Below are positions 25,751 to 39,624 of a DNA stretch of 64,000 nt, one piece after another. The first letter of the stretch is position 1. Each line of letters begins with the position of its first letter. This stretch comes from Patellaria atrata CBS 101060 (taxonomy: Eukaryota), in contig MU006094.1 of assembly GCA_010093705.1 (NCBI GenBank), positions 172,020 to 236,019 on the forward strand. Direction: 5' to 3'. A model generated the notes under the pieces. It ran no database searches. It was given only the letters and a program-made list of their open reading frames with translations, and was not told where the DNA came from. The position numbers were made by a program, and so were the translations under genes.

Positions 25751-28680
25751 CTACGGACTCTTCATCATGGCCGTAACGCTATTCCACTTCTGCTTCAGGG
25801 TCTCATGTTCGGAATTAATCTGTGATCAGAAATTAGTCTGAGCTCAATCCATCTCAATGGCATACTGAGAGTTGAGGCCAGCGGAGATCATATCACTCAC
25901 TTGTGCGTACTGCAGCTTCGTCTCGACGAGCACGCGCTCCATGTCCTGCAGCTGCTCTTCCAGTGCGCGGTTCTCGTTGTGCACTTCGATGTTGCGGGTC
26001 ATGACCGTTTCCATCTCACCCTGGAGGCGCGCGTGTACCTCCTCCGCCTGCGTGTCCACGATCTTCTGCATTTCCTCCACTTTGCTTTTCAGCGCTTCGT
26101 TATCGTCGGATAGGTTCTCGTTTTCCACCTTGATCTTGACGAGCTCCGACGCGAGCTGCACGTGTTCCGTGTCCGACTTCTCCGCGCGTTCTTCCAGCGT
26201 GCGGACCTTTTGGGTTAGGGATGTGACCAGCTGTTTGAGGGAGTCGAGCTCAATTTCCCGTTCCTTTTCGAGACGTTGTTTCTCTTTCCACTCGGCTGTG
26301 TACGCTTTGAGCATTTCCGGGGTGATTTTGATGGCGCAGGCGTCTTGGACGAGCATGTCGGCGCGGTAGACCTCCTTATCGACGCCGCCGGCGCTGCCGA
26401 AGAAGCCGGAGTCCAGGATGGAGCTTGCGGAGGGCGCTTTGTCGATGTAGACGTCGAAAAGTCTTTCCTTCAGGAAGGTGGTGAGGGCGGCCATGTCCTT
26501 CATTCCGAGCAGTGTCTGCGCGTTCTTCTGCATCAACACGATGCCAAACTTAAGGATGGCGCCTTCGAGGCCTTCGCTAAGGATGAGGTCGTAAATCCGC
26601 AGTACGAGTTGAAGTGGGAAACGATATGCGAAGAGGGTGAGGAACCACTGGGTGGCGTAAAGTTGAGGGCTCACACCTCTCCTGTGCAAGTGGCAGTAGA
26701 GAGCTGGGTCAAATTCTTCTAGGAGTCGTTCGAATTGGTATAGGTGGAGGTGAAGACCGGGCATATCTTGGATAAACATTTCTCGGAGACCGTATTTGTT
26801 CATTAGCCGCACCATAAGGCAGAAAGCTTCCTCTTCGGGCATCTGCAAGGGAGCACGTAAGTAATCACCACTAATTAGGAAGTCACATGAATGATCACAT
26901 GACTGGAACTCACGTTAAAGAGTAAAGGCATGGCGATGAAGTTCATGCCTTGGGCATACCCAACTTCCTGGTCAAATAGTGCATACGCTTTGCACACTCC
27001 GAATAGCCCGTCTTGGAGTCCTGCTGCCATGACATATTTGGAGTAACTTGTTCTGGCTCCTAAATCTCTCTTGATGACCTTCTCTAGCTTTGCTAAGGCC
27101 GCAGAATCTTCTCTGGCTTTCTTTGCCCGCTCCGCTGCATCCAGAGGTGGTGAGTTAGCAGCATTTGTCGTCCCATTTGTTGCAGTTGTGGCTGGTGTAG
27201 AATAATCGGAATGAATCGAGGATGCAGAGGATTTTATAGATTCCTTTTCCTTCGTAGCTCCACCGAAATGACTACTACTTTCGTGGCGTGAAATTGGCTT
27301 GATATTGTATTTTGATTGCTCTTTAGCTGTTCCTCTCACGACCAGCTCTTTATAAACTCCCTCAAGTTCTTCGTTCTTACTTTGAGCGAGAACCTGCCAT
27401 ACAACTCCCCTAATAGCTTGAGGAATGCCACTCGCTATAGCTTGGTTCAGTTCCTCAGGACTGGTTCGAGCAACTGCAGCTGGACCTTCGTATACGACGG
27501 ACTGCCACAGATCCCAATCAACAGGACCAGCAGATTCACTAGCTGCTATTCCGGACACTGTACCTGGAGCAAGATTCGGGTTGATTGTTGTTTGTCTACC
27601 TAAGGAAGGCGACATTGGCCCGGGACTGGACGCGCCGCGAGCCATATGTGGAGCGCCCTCTTCCTTGTCGTCTGAGACGCTCATCGGGCCGCCAATACCG
27701 AGACCAACGCTTGCGGAGCGGCCGATGAGACCAGCAAGAGCACCATTTTCGGTTCCACCAAGTGCTTCACTGTCGATACCGGCCTCCTCCCTCATCCGTA
27801 CGAGTTTGAACCTATCCCTGAGGCTATCCCGCCCAGACGTCCTTTGACTGCTGGGAGCGTCTGACTCATCCCCATTTGATATTTTACTTAATGTGAGCTC
27901 CGGATTACTACCGATTGTTGCTAAAGAGGATTGGGTGTTCCTTCTATCGTTGCTTGGTGCAGGAGGTAACGGCGGGGAGCTGACTTTCCGTTCCGAGCCA
28001 GTGGCTCGCGATAACCATGAAAATGGGCTAGTCAATTTTCGCGACGGAAGTGGTTGTGGAGTGGGGGCTACATGCCGTTCGGGAGGGGGTGGTGGAGGTG
28101 GAAAATTGTTCACCGGTAACGTTCCTGATAGGCCTTGTGTTGAGCCGGTTGAAGTCCGTAGAGGAACTTTAGGAGGAAGAGCAGGTGCGGATGAGGTGGA
28201 TGAGGACTGTGAGTGTCCTTTGCTTGCATCTTTTTCATATCAGCATGATTCTCTCGTATTTACAAATAAAAGGAATGATGATTCGTATAATGTTTATCTC
28301 CCTAGTATAGCTGGGTTGAGAAGGAATGAGGGAGCATAAACAAATTACGAACCTTCTTCTAAACTAACATCATCCATTGAGTGTACCGATATCCGGTGTG
28401 CTGTCAAGTTTGGTGACTTCTGGTCCTGCTGCTCTTCCCCTTCTGTATCACCATTCGAAAGGGGGTGTCTCATCTCTGGATCTCGAGACTCGTTTGTTGT
28501 AGTTGTTATGCCCGACTCTCTACGCGTTAAAGACCTTGTACGATCGGAAGATGTCGAATCCCTTCTTGTTAAGGAACGAGTTCGGGAAGAGGAGTCTCGT
28601 CGAACAGTGGAATCTGGGGCGTCCTCAAACGAGTCACTGTCCCTATCCGAACCATTCTCAGTCGAAGGTTTGTTATCCAT
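25751..28680 (-). CDS. GYP5: TBC-domain Rab GTPase-activating protein with C-terminal coiled coil (Gyp5-like)
   Basis: GIPQAIRGVVWQ; IKRDLGAR; VGYAQGMNF; LYATQWFLTLF. Four exons; the last reads INSEHETLKQKWNSVTAMMKSP with its stop at 25751. Confidence 0.85.
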
Positions 28681-30473
28681 GGTGAACGTAGCAAAGGAAA
28701 TTCTAGGAAGTCGTGTGATTGATTAATCCTCCCTACGTTATGAGGGTAGGCAGATATTCAATGTAGATGATGGTTGCTTTCAGAGAGCTTCGTGAGAACA
28801 AGAATCAGTGCAGCCCATGAATCATATCGAATTATTCCTCGTCTAGCAGACTTGTTCGTTTGTAGAGGTATTGTTGTTGTTGTGGTTCAGGAAACGGTTG
28901 CGTGGATGGTGTGGTTTACTGCAGTCCTACCTTAGTAGTGTCCTTCCTGAGTAATAATTGGCCTAGGGTATGAGTTCTCAGGGCGGGGACTTTTACAGCT
29001 TCAAGGGAAATATTGTAGCGAAATGATACCGCAAGCCGGGGCTTTGGGAGTCGTTTCAAATTAATGAGAGAGGAGGAACAAAATAGGGCCAAAACCTAAT
29101 ACATGCGGAGGTTTAAACAATTAAACAGGCTTGACAGGGAGTGTGGCTTCAACAAACAGTAACGCTGCCCTGAGATGTGGCGGCTTGAGAGGGCCAAGAG
29201 GGATCTTGCCGTCTTGGAGGTCTCCCCTTAGGTTGGAACAACTTTCCGTTACCTTCAATTATCACTCCAAATATTCTCTATAAGATTACAACAAATGGAA
29301 TGCACAGCTATCCGCAATATGAGAGCTTCGAAATGTCCTTTCACTTATTTCTGTATGAAATTACTGCATAGTACAGCACTGAGGTATAGAGTATACTCAT
29401 CAACTTTAAAGGCTTCCCAGTATGAAGCATCAGAGGGAAAGTCGTCCACATTATTTGTAACTACAACATCCACCTGACATGACACATGAAATAACAATGA
29501 TTTATGAGAAAGACTATGCTCGCTCTTTGATGCAGTGAAGCTTACCACGTGCTTTGGGTCAGACCAACGGGGACCGGAAACATCTTGAAGAGAAGCACAC
29601 AGTTCCAACACTGCGTCTCAACCCAATACGACGTGCTGTTAGCCGATGTGTCGTTTTGGGGTGAGAACTACCCTGTAAGAGCAAGGAGACAATTATCGAA
29701 ATACTCCTGTAGTACAAAGGACGAATGGAGTATATAGTATCACGAGTCTTGTCATACTTATACCACATCTCGTCCCTTTGTTAAATCAAAAAAGCATAGG
29801 AACGTGCGAGCGTTCTGCATTATCTATACATTGGACGCGTTGGAAGACAATTTTTGTACGGGATACATAGATCCCGTATCAGTCATATCATTAGGAAGAA
29901 TATTGATTCCTAGTCGTAAGAAGCGATCGTCTTATTCAACGTCCTCGGAAGCTTCTATACAAGCTCTCATATTTTAGAGCTCTGTAACTAAGCGTATTCC
30001 AGACCGCTTTGGAGCTGTGAGACAAAGATTACGATGCACTCAAGTATAAATTTTCGGTCTTTATACCGAGTTCTGTCGATTTATGGTTAAACAGGTCCTC
30101 TTCAAATCGAGTAAGCATGTTTAGTATTCTTCGTGTTATAAAAGTCTAACTGAACCCGGATGTTGTCTCCTTTCAATCATTGTCCGACATGCCTTATTGT
30201 GCATCTTTTTAAGGCTATCAGTCATACACCAGAGTGAATTGTCTCTTCTCGCCGTCGGTACAGATGGCTACTTAGAGATTCTGCCGCTGTTATGTGTGAC
30301 TTCGTGCCTTCTGATCTCGGTCCACGCCGTTTCACGAGCTTGGCGGGCCTTTTTCCATTTGAGCTTTATATGTCAAGTTGACCTCCCTGCTACCTCTCTT
30401 CTCTCACTTTGAATCTCCCTTATTCCAGCTGTCCTCTTTTCAACTTCGTTCTATTCGACCTGGGCAAAACACA

Positions 30474-32013
30474 ATGAAGGTAATAATTGTGGGAGCTGGA
30501 ATTGGGGGTTTGACCTGCGCAATCACTTGCCGACAGCAAGGTCTTGATGTTGTCCTATTGGAGAAGGCGCCGCACATTGAACCTGTAAGGAAGTTCCACC
30601 ATATTTATCGTCCAACTGAGGGACTTACCCACACCAGTTCGGAGCTGGCATTCAAATTCCACCGTAAGTTATAAAAATATCTCTAGGTCTCAAAGTCACA
30701 AGTTTGCGTGATCTAATGATATCTCATCAGAAATGCAACTCGAGCAATCAAACATCTAGGCATATTGGAGAAGCTCGAGCAGGCTGCACATTCTCTTGAA
30801 GGTGTTAGCATCAAGCGTTATGAAAACGGAAAGGAGCTTTTCAAGGCTGGGAGGAGCTGGGAAGTACCATGGCTGTAGGTTCTAATTCATATTTGATTCA
30901 TACTTAATTCATACTTCTGGACCTTGGGTTACTCTAACCTTTGGCTACAGTGTCATTCACCGGGTAGATTATCACAAGATCCTCTTCGACACCGCCGTAG
31001 AACACAGTACTAAGATCACTCTGGGCGCGGAAGTGAAGTCTGTTGACTTCGACAAAACCACCATCACCCTAGCATCCGGCGAAGTGGTCGAGGGAGATGT
31101 CATACTGGGAGCAGACGGTGTGCCAGCCACCCTCATACCAGCTCCAATTCTTCACTAACGACATCCAGGCATCTATTCCACCCTTCGCCCATTACTTCTC
31201 TCGGAACCTTCCCCACCTAAAGAAGCAGGAGATCTAGCTTACCGTGCCACCATTCCTGTAGCCGATCTTATCCTACTTCGTGATGAAACTGTCACCAAGC
31301 TCATCACAAGTCGGGTTGTGACCATCTGGTTCGGCCCCAAAACCCACGCAATATTCTATCCGGTACGTAAAGGGCAGGAATTCAACCTCATACTGGTCCG
31401 TCCAGATGATCTACCCGCGCACATCAACAAACAAGCGGGTTCGATCGACGAAATGCGTGGCAGCTTCGAAGGCTGGGACCCAGTCCTCAAGCACATCTTG
31501 TCATGCGTCCCCCACGTCCTGAAGTGGAAGATCCAGCACCTGCCTGAAATTCCAGCCTGGACTCGCAACCGTTTCGCTCTTCTCGGTGATGCATGCCACC
31601 CAACCCTGCCTTACATGGCACAGGGCGCTGCACTCGCAGCTGAAGATGCCATCACCGTCGGACTGCTCCTCGGCAATCTCGCCAAGACCGCCGACAATGC
31701 GACCCGAATCCCTGAGGTCCTCGCCCTTTATGAGAAACTCCAGCGCAGCCGTGCGGAACTGGTTAGTCGTGGCGCGTTGACGAATCAGAAGATGTACCAC
31801 CTGCCTGATGGACCGGAGCAGAAGTCGCGTGATGCGGAACTTGCATCTGCTGGCTGGGAAGAACCCGATCGCGCAAGGGAGTGGAAGTTCATAGATCGGG
31901 AGTTCTTGCGCCAATTGGAGGGTCATGATGCGTACGAGGCAGCGGAGAACGCATGGACAGCTTTTAAGAAGGGCAACGAGGGGATGAACGGGAAGGAGGT
32001 ACCTTCTCTCTAA
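30474..32013 (+). CDS. FAD-dependent monooxygenase (salicylate hydroxylase-like, group A)
   Basis: MKVIIVGAGIGGL; GAGIQIPPNA; VILGADG; LLGDACHPTLPYMAQGAA. Four introns. Confidence 0.9.
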
Positions 32014-32333
32014 GTTTCAGTCCTTTCGTTGATCAATGCCTCAGGAAGATGTCCTGAATCTTAATACGGTCTCTTTCTAAAATAGATAGCGTGAGTTAGG
32101 GGGAGCAATGGGTAGATTTTATGCTTGACGACTTTACCACTATAGTAGGTGTAAGAAATATAGCATCCTCCAAACTTGATCCCAGTTAGTGACTATTTTG
32201 CATGCATCGATTTTATTCGAGGTATAACTGGCACAAATTCCACCCCTCTCCAGCGGAATGCGGGGCGGAACCTCCGAACTCGCGCAAGCTGTCCACATGA
32301 ATCATTTATTCTAGGCCTCTAGGTACAAAGTAA

Positions 32334-32339
32334 GAGTCA
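32334..32339 (-). promoter_or_regulatory. Candidate Gcn4/CpcA response element (TGACTC) upstream of TRP5
   Basis: GAGTCA about 160 bp before the TRP5 ATG, with TGAATCA nearby (~32298). Cross-pathway control of tryptophan genes is established, but a 6-mer can occur by chance. Confidence 0.4.
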
Positions 32340-32496
32340 CCAAAATTCACTATATCTTCGTCTCCTTTGTTCGCCACAACTTTTCTGTCCTCAGATTTCT
32401 TCAATTGAGAGCAATTGACTTTGTATCTCAGTTTTTTCCGACCTTCAATTGACTACATTATCCTCAATCTGTAATTTACTCTAACTATACCCCACA

Positions 32497-34931
32497 ATGG
32501 ACGGCATCAAGAAGACGTTTGCGCAATGCAAGAGAGAAGGACGTGTATGTCGATTAAATTATTTACAGTCCTAATACTAGTCATTTGAATGCTAATTGAT
32601 CTCATAGTCTGCACTGGTCACCTATGTGACTGCTGGATACCCTACCGAAGCCGAAACGGCTGATATTCTACTTGGGATGGAAGCTGGTGGCGCAGGTATT
32701 GTCCAGTCTCAAAAACGAGGTTCTACATACGATGTGTTCTGATCAAGTTTTATAGATCTCATTGAATTGGGTATGCCATTTACAGATCCAATTGCTGACG
32801 GGCCTACAATTCAAAAGTCAAATACCGTAGGTACTACGTTGCCCCAGGACCCTCTTCGCCCCTTCGTCAAACTGGCCTCGTTACATCATTACGTATTATG
32901 CTTATACCATGTCTAGATTGCATTAAAGAACGGTATCACGACTGAAGGATGTCTACAAACGGTTCGCGACGCTCGGAAACGAGGTCTGAAAGCACCAGTG
33001 TTATTGATGGGCTACTACAACCCCCTCCTAGCATACGGAGAGGAGAAAATGCTCAAAGATGCTAGAGAAGCAGGTGTTAACGGTTTCATAATGGTGGACT
33101 TACCGCCGGAGGAGGCTGTGAGGTTTAGAAATTATTGCACGAAAGCTGGGTAAGTGTCTCCTCAAGGGGGTTTGCACGTTGCTAAAACTGGTCCCAACTT
33201 AGACTTTCATATATTCCACTTATTGCCCCTGCAACCTCAGAATCGCGGATGAAGCTCCTCTGCAAGATTGCCGATTCATTTATCTACGTAGTATCGCGCA
33301 TGGGCGTGACTGGTGCTACTGGAACCCTAAACGCACAGCTACCGGAATTACTCGAACGTGTCAAGAAATGGTCCGGTAATATTCCCGCAGCTGTCGGATT
33401 CGGTGTTAGCACAAGAGACCATTTCTTGAGTGTAGGAAATATCGCAGATGGTGTCGTCATTGGTAGTCAGATCATTAACACATTAGAAGCTGCGCCCTCA
33501 GGACAACGAGCAAAGGCAGTGGAAGATTATTGCAGTGAGATTACGGGAAGAAGACCAGGTCAAAACAACAACACAAGAGAGGTGGGCATTGTAGAGGCCG
33601 TGGGGGAGGCGAAAGAGCCAAACGGGGTTCACGTTGACGGTGTTGTCAAAGATGAGGACGTACCGGACGGTGCTGGCCTTGTTGACCAGATTGAAGCTCT
33701 TAATGTTGATGGTGATGTAAATCTTTCAGCAATACCAGCACGATTTGGGGAGTTCGGTGGGCAATATGTCCCCGAGTCACTGATGGATTGCCTATCAGAA
33801 CTTGAGAAAGGGTTCAATGAAGCAAAAGAAGACCCTAAGTTTTGGGAAGAATACCGCTCATACTACCCCTATATGGGACGACCGGGCCAACTACATCTTG
33901 CCGAACGTCTTACAGAGCATGCAGGTGGAGCGAACATCTGGCTCAAGCGAGAAGACCTAAATCATACCGGTAGCCACAAGATTAACAACGCGCTCGGTCA
34001 AATTCTTCTGGCACGCCGTCTCGGCAAGACCGAAATCATCGCCGAAACAGGAGCCGGGCAGCACGGTGTCGCAACCGCAACGGTCTGCGCCAAATTCGGC
34101 ATGAAATGCACCATTTACATGGGTGCCGAAGACGTTCGCCGCCAAGCACTGAATGTCTTCCGTATCAAACTCCTCGGCGCGCAAGTCATCGCCGTCGAAG
34201 CCGGTTCCCGAACCCTACGGGATGCAGTCAACGAAGCCCTCCGCGCCTGGGTCGTCCGTCTTTCCACAACACACTACATCATCGGCTCAGCTATCGGCCC
34301 TCACCCCTTCCCGACCATCGTCCGCACCTTCCAGTCCGTCATCGGCAACGAGACAAAAGAGCAGATGCAGAAACTGCGCGGCAAGCTCCCCGACGCCGTC
34401 GTCGCCTGCGTAGGCGGCGGCTCCAACGCCGTCGGCATGTTCTACCCCTTCTCGGACGACCCGAGTGTCAAGCTTCTCGGCGTCGAAGCCGGTGGCGACG
34501 GCCTCGACACGGACCGCCACAGCGCCACACTCTCCGGCGGCTCCAAGGGCGTCCTTCACGGCGTGCGCACTTACGTCCTCCAGGATAAGCACGGCCAGAT
34601 CTGCGACACGCACTCCGTCTCCGCCGGCCTGGATTACCCGGGCGTCGGACCTGAGCTGTCGGCGTGGAAGGATAAGGATAGAGCGAAGTTCATCGCTGCT
34701 ACGGATGCGGAGGCGTTTTTGGGCTTCAAGTTGCTCAGTGAGCTTGAAGGGATCATACCAGCGCTTGAGACGGCGCATGCAATTTTTGGCGCGCTGGAGT
34801 TAGCGAAGACGATGGAGAGGGGAAGGGATGTCGTTGTTTGTTTGTCTGGGAGGGGCGATAAGGATGTTCAGAGTGTGGCGGATGAGTTGCCCAGGTTTGG
34901 GCCGAGGATTGGGTGGGATTTGAGGTTTTGA
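32497..34931 (+). CDS. TRP5: Tryptophan synthase, fused alpha-beta
   Basis: Alpha: [37 protein letters not shown]. Beta: [54 protein letters not shown]. Four 5' introns. Confidence 0.97.
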
Positions 34932-35711
34932 GGGGGTTTTTTGGGTTAAAGTCAGGGTGTTGGTGGAGGTGTAGATGGAGGGTCGTGGGTCGTACATCGG
35001 GATTGGCGTTCCATAGGTCAGAGATAAAAAATTTAAGGTTAGATTGTGTGTGAAGAGGATGTGGTGAGGATTCGTTGTTCTATGCATGTGATACTGCTCT
35101 GCTCGCTTTGCGGTATGCGATCGTTGTATTATAGATCTACAGTGTTGATCTTGGGATTGGAAGGTGGGTTTCGCGGAATGCTCGTTTTGAACACAGTCCT
35201 ACGGTCGAAGTGTACAGTACTGTGGGGATTTACTGTACAGTGCGAGTACAATACGCCAGATACATACAAGACAGTAAGAATATTGGAGGTACATTGAGAG
35301 TGTACGAATATAATAGGGGAGCAGCGTACAAATACGGTTAAAGTAGAGAGTACGATTTTAAGTGTACAGTACTGTTAAAGAGTACAGTACGGCTGGAGAG
35401 TACAGTACGGGGAAGAATAGAGGATGTGAACAGTGAAATGGGAGTACTGTGTGATAAAGGAAAGTATTCTAAAACCGAGGAAGTACTCAAAGGTGAGGAA
35501 TGGTCATGACGGCCATTCAGTTTCGTGACTGTGCCACCAGACGCTCCAGAGATAATGAGAGCGAAAGGTGTACAATCGAGTATATTGATAGGGTATCGAT
35601 AATCAGTGCAGTCAATACAACATCTCTTTTCCAAACCCACCATTCTCTTCATAGTATCGTACCAATAAATTCTCACCAATACCCAAGCCTACACCGTACC
35701 CAGGAACACCC

Positions 35712-36191
35712 CTAATCCACCAAAAACTCCGCAATATCTGCATCCTCATCATCTCCAATCTTCTCCTTGATCCTCTCTTCCCTAACCCTCAACGCCTCCT
35801 TAACGACCCTCTTCTGCCTCTTCCTCGCGTTCCTGCCCCACTCCGCCCCCTTCGCAACGCGTACCTCCTCATCCCCCTCCTCATCACTACTCTCCAAATC
35901 GACCTCCACCTTCCTGCCCTTGGCATCCCTCAAATCGTTCGCCGAGATCTTCGGCTTCCCGTCCGGGGTCAACGAGTGGGCGTCTTCGGTGGACTTGTGC
36001 GATTGGGCGAGGTACTTGCGCGCGAGGTAGTCGAGGAACTTGCGGATGAAGAGGACGTACACGCCGACGATTATGACGAGCCGGATGTAGTCTTTCGCCG
36101 TCATGGTGTCGAAGGTGCGGTTGGCTTGGTGGACGAAGTTGGAGAGCCAGGTTGAGGGGGGGGTGATGCGGTCGGTGAGGGGTTTAGACAT
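35712..36191 (-). CDS. PGA2: Pga2-family ER trafficking protein
   Basis: DYIRLVIIVGVYVL; WGRNARKRQK; acidic C-terminus DEDADIAEFL. Confidence 0.75.
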   Translation of the reverse strand: MSKPLTDRITPPSTWLSNFVHQANRTFDTMTAKDYIRLVIIVGVYVLFIRKFLDYLARKYLAQSHKSTEDAHSLTPDGKPKISANDLRDAKGRKVEVDLESSDEEGDEEVRVAKGAEWGRNARKRQKRVVKEALRVREERIKEKIGDDEDADIAEFLVD

Positions 36192-36655
36192 TTTGGCGAT
36201 AGGATGGTAATGGGCGGTTAGTGAGATGGTTTAATTGTCCTGAGGGGCGAGGATCTCGAGAGAAGAGATGTCTAGTGGTGCTATTGTATGCTATGCTTTT
36301 GCGGAGGTTGCGGAGCGAGCGGAAAGTTTCTCACTCGCTATGTATGGCCGCAGTGACTAGCACAGGGCGAATTTTCTTAAGGGAATAAGTGCAGAAACAG
36401 TTTTATATACGAAAACTGACGAGGAACTTAAATTTGAGAAGGAATTGGTGCCATTGCGCTTCTGACTGCCTAAAGCGCATTTTTCATCAACCCACACTGT
36501 GAACCCCAGATGTCCGCTCCGACCACCGCGGAAGAACTCCGGCTCCTGTCATGTCCTCCTAGCTCCAAAGCGCGTCACCGTTTTAGGATAATTCTAAACA
36601 TACGTCTTCCCCTTCAAAGTATCCCCAAACCTCTACCTCCACCATACAGTAAACC

Positions 36656-37125
36656 ATGGCAGAAGCAGAAGAAGCCCTCAAAACCGAGGTGTGCCCATTC
36701 CCCTAGCCCATCCCCTCCCTTTTACCCCTACCCTATAACTATAAACACTAACACCCCTCCAGCGCCTCAAATCCGCCCTCTGGTACTCCATCGGCCAGCT
36801 CGTCGACCACACCACGCTCTCCTCCACAACCGCCACAAACGCAACCCCGCAGTTCATCGGCGCTTTGACGGAGCTGGTCTGGACGCAGATCGGCAGCGCG
36901 AGCCGGGATCTAGAGATGTTCGCGAAGCACGCGGGTCGCGCCACGGTTGCGACGGACGATGTGTTGCTGCTAGCGAGGCGAAACGAGGGACTTGAGGCGC
37001 TACTGAGGGGGTTTGTGGAGGAGTTGAGGGGGAAGGCGGGGAAGGGGAAGGGAAAAGAGAGGGCGAGGCCGGGACCTGGGGGTGGGGTGAAGAAGACGAA
37101 GGGGAAGAGCACGGCGCGAAAATAA
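36656..37125 (+). CDS. MHF1: CENP-S/MHF1 histone-fold protein
   Basis: MAEAEEALKTE|RLKSALWYSIGQLVD..ATPQFIGALTELVW..DLEMFAKHAGR..DDVLLLARRNEGL. Intron at ~36689-36762. Confidence 0.9.
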
Positions 37126-37541
37126 GGATGAAAAAGATATCCGTGTTAAGGGTTATTGGAGTCCCTGATGGTTGGTTTATGTGGAATTGGAGTACACTTG
37201 GCGAATCGGAATATGGTTGGCGTCTGATGAAGTTGCGATGGGTTATCCTCTCATGAAAATGAGGCTGGGTGCTGTCTAAATGGGAGCCATATGGTAGCTG
37301 GCGTCATGGCGTTGAGTAAGGAGCATTACTATGTCCGATGGAGCTGATATTAAAGTGAGTTAATACTTTCAAGCACCATCTCATATGAATCTATTTACAA
37401 TATCTTCCCCGGTGCGCTATATTTCATCCTAGTGTCGTACTTCATCTCACGCGTCTACTATACGCCCCAACATCTCACCGCAAACGCCTCGGTCAATGCT
37501 TTTCATCCTTCTACCGCAACCTTAACTACAACTCTCAACGG

Positions 37542-38849
37542 TTATGATCTCTTCCCAAACGCCTCATCAAAGCCCGTAAGAACAAGACGATATCTCACAT
37601 CCTTACTATTATAGACTCTTGTGACAGCCTCTTTGCATCCTTCCTCACTAATTGGGATCTCAGATATCCAACTCTTAATATTCTGCTTACTCGCTAGCTC
37701 AAACATACTAATCATCTCGGATCTATTCCCAATGTTACTGGCACCCATATAGCAACCATTCGGCGCAAAAGCCCGAGTTTGGATTTGAGGAAGCGGATTG
37801 TTCGGGAACCCAACCATGTGAAAGGTACCGTTCACCTTGAGTAAGGAGAAATAGTCGGGTAGATTGAACTTGTCAGTCGCGTCGGCGGTGTTGATGATGA
37901 AGTCAAGAGTGAATTTATAAGATTCAGCCCAGTTCTCACCTTTGGTGGATATGAATTCTGTGGCTCCTAGTGCCAGACTGTCATCTTTCTTACCGGGAGA
38001 ATGGGAGATAGCGTAGACCTCAGCGCCGAGAGCTTTGGCGAAGAGGATACCCAAATGACCCAGGCCGCCACTGACCACCTGTCAGTATCCTGCTCACTCG
38101 AGAGAAAACCGGGAAGTTGAAAGAGCATCAGAAAGGGGGCTACACTTACATCCCAACGATTCCAACTTTCTTTCCCGGTCCAGCTCCCAGCCTTACCAAC
38201 GGGCTATAAACCGTCAATCCCGCACAAAGCATCGGTGCCGCGAGATTCGTACCCAAGCCCTCTGGAATCTTGAACACAAAGTACTCATGCGCCCGTATAT
38301 GGCTGGAATAGCCGCCCTGAGATATGGTACCATCCGGATAAGGGTCGCCATAGGCGTCGATGGCGTTAGGGCAATAGTTCTCTTGGTCTGCCTTGCAGTT
38401 TGCACAGGTTAGGTCTGCGCCGACTTGAGCGCCGACCCCGACGCGGTCTCCGATTTTAACGTCCTTGACAGATTCGCCGACGCGGATGGCGCGTCCGATG
38501 ACCTCGTGCCCGACGCAGAGGGGGAGCGGGATGTCGGTGCCCCAGCCGCCGGAGATGGTGTGCACATCCGAGGCGCAGACGCCGCAGGCGTCGATGGCGA
38601 CGTCGATGTCGTGGGATTCAAAGGGTTTGAGTTTGAACTGGAAGAGGCGTTAGTGTGGTAAAGTACGAGGAGTTTTATAGATTTGTATGGAGAGGGAAGC
38701 GATAGATTAGAGAAGGGATTTTTATCAAAAGCTTGGGATTAGACTGGACGAGGAATCACTTCACATACTTCAGACTTCTTGAAGTTCCGCCACTTCCCGT
38801 CCGCGATATCTTCGACAACGAAGCCCTGCGCCGTCTCTGGGTAACCCAT
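37542..38849 (-). CDS. Zn-dependent NADP(H) alcohol dehydrogenase (ADH6/cinnamyl-ADH-like)
   Basis: ATG 38849 MGYPET; ACGVCASDVH; GHEVIG; structural Zn region CANCKADQENYC; APMLCAGLTVYSPL; GIGGLGH. Two introns. Confidence 0.9.
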
Positions 38850-39624
38850 TTGGATAATTGTGCGGTGATCAAAGGTATTCCGAATGGTAAAACTAGATCT
38901 GGTATCTCAACTGGCCACAAAAGAAAAGCGGAAACAGAAAAATTTAGTCTTTTAGAGGGGGCAAAACTGCATTGCATTTTCCATTTTCCCACCCCCCTAG
39001 ATAGATCTCCCGCTCGACGTCCATCTACATCATCCTCACCAATGATCTGCAAGTCATGAGTAGGGCGTGGAAAATGCGGCGAGCTAGTGATACAAGCAAT
39101 CGGCAGCTAATATGGTTGCCTATCGCTCGCCGGAGCAGATATCACTTGGTGATCTTCGGTGTTTAGGAATTATACAGCTATTATTCAGGAGTTGATAGGG
39201 TTTGTCGAATAAGATGTTCGATCCCATGTCTTTGAATACCAAACTGGGTATTGTAAAGAAACACGGTCCTATAAGCGGATGGGATACTTGATATACAATG
39301 TGTTGCATGAAGTTGGGGGGTGGAGGGCCTGCTAGAACTAGGCGGATACAGTTTGACCCTCCATTCCTTGGACGAAATAAATAGTGGGCCACCAATCACA
39401 GTGGTAGAGAGATTTCTCTATTTTACGGTAGACGGCGCATCTTGAGGATATAACCACAATAACTGTTTCGTATTGCATGAGACTACTAACCTGAAAGATT
39501 TCCAACTAAGAAATCTTGAAGGTATCCTATTTCCTTGAAAGATGCATCCGTAATGCATGCCGCATGTATAACGGATCCAAGCACATCACGCCGTTTACCA
39601 AAGTCCAATAACATAAATCCTATC

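Noticed and set aside
29295..29768. Short overlapping ORFs between GYP5 and the monooxygenase
   Set aside because: No recognisable motif and no convincing exon chain.
30474..34931. Monooxygenase plus TRP5 as an indole/secondary-metabolite cluster
   Set aside because: There is no backbone enzyme, cluster transcription factor or transporter, and TRP5 looks like the housekeeping copy.
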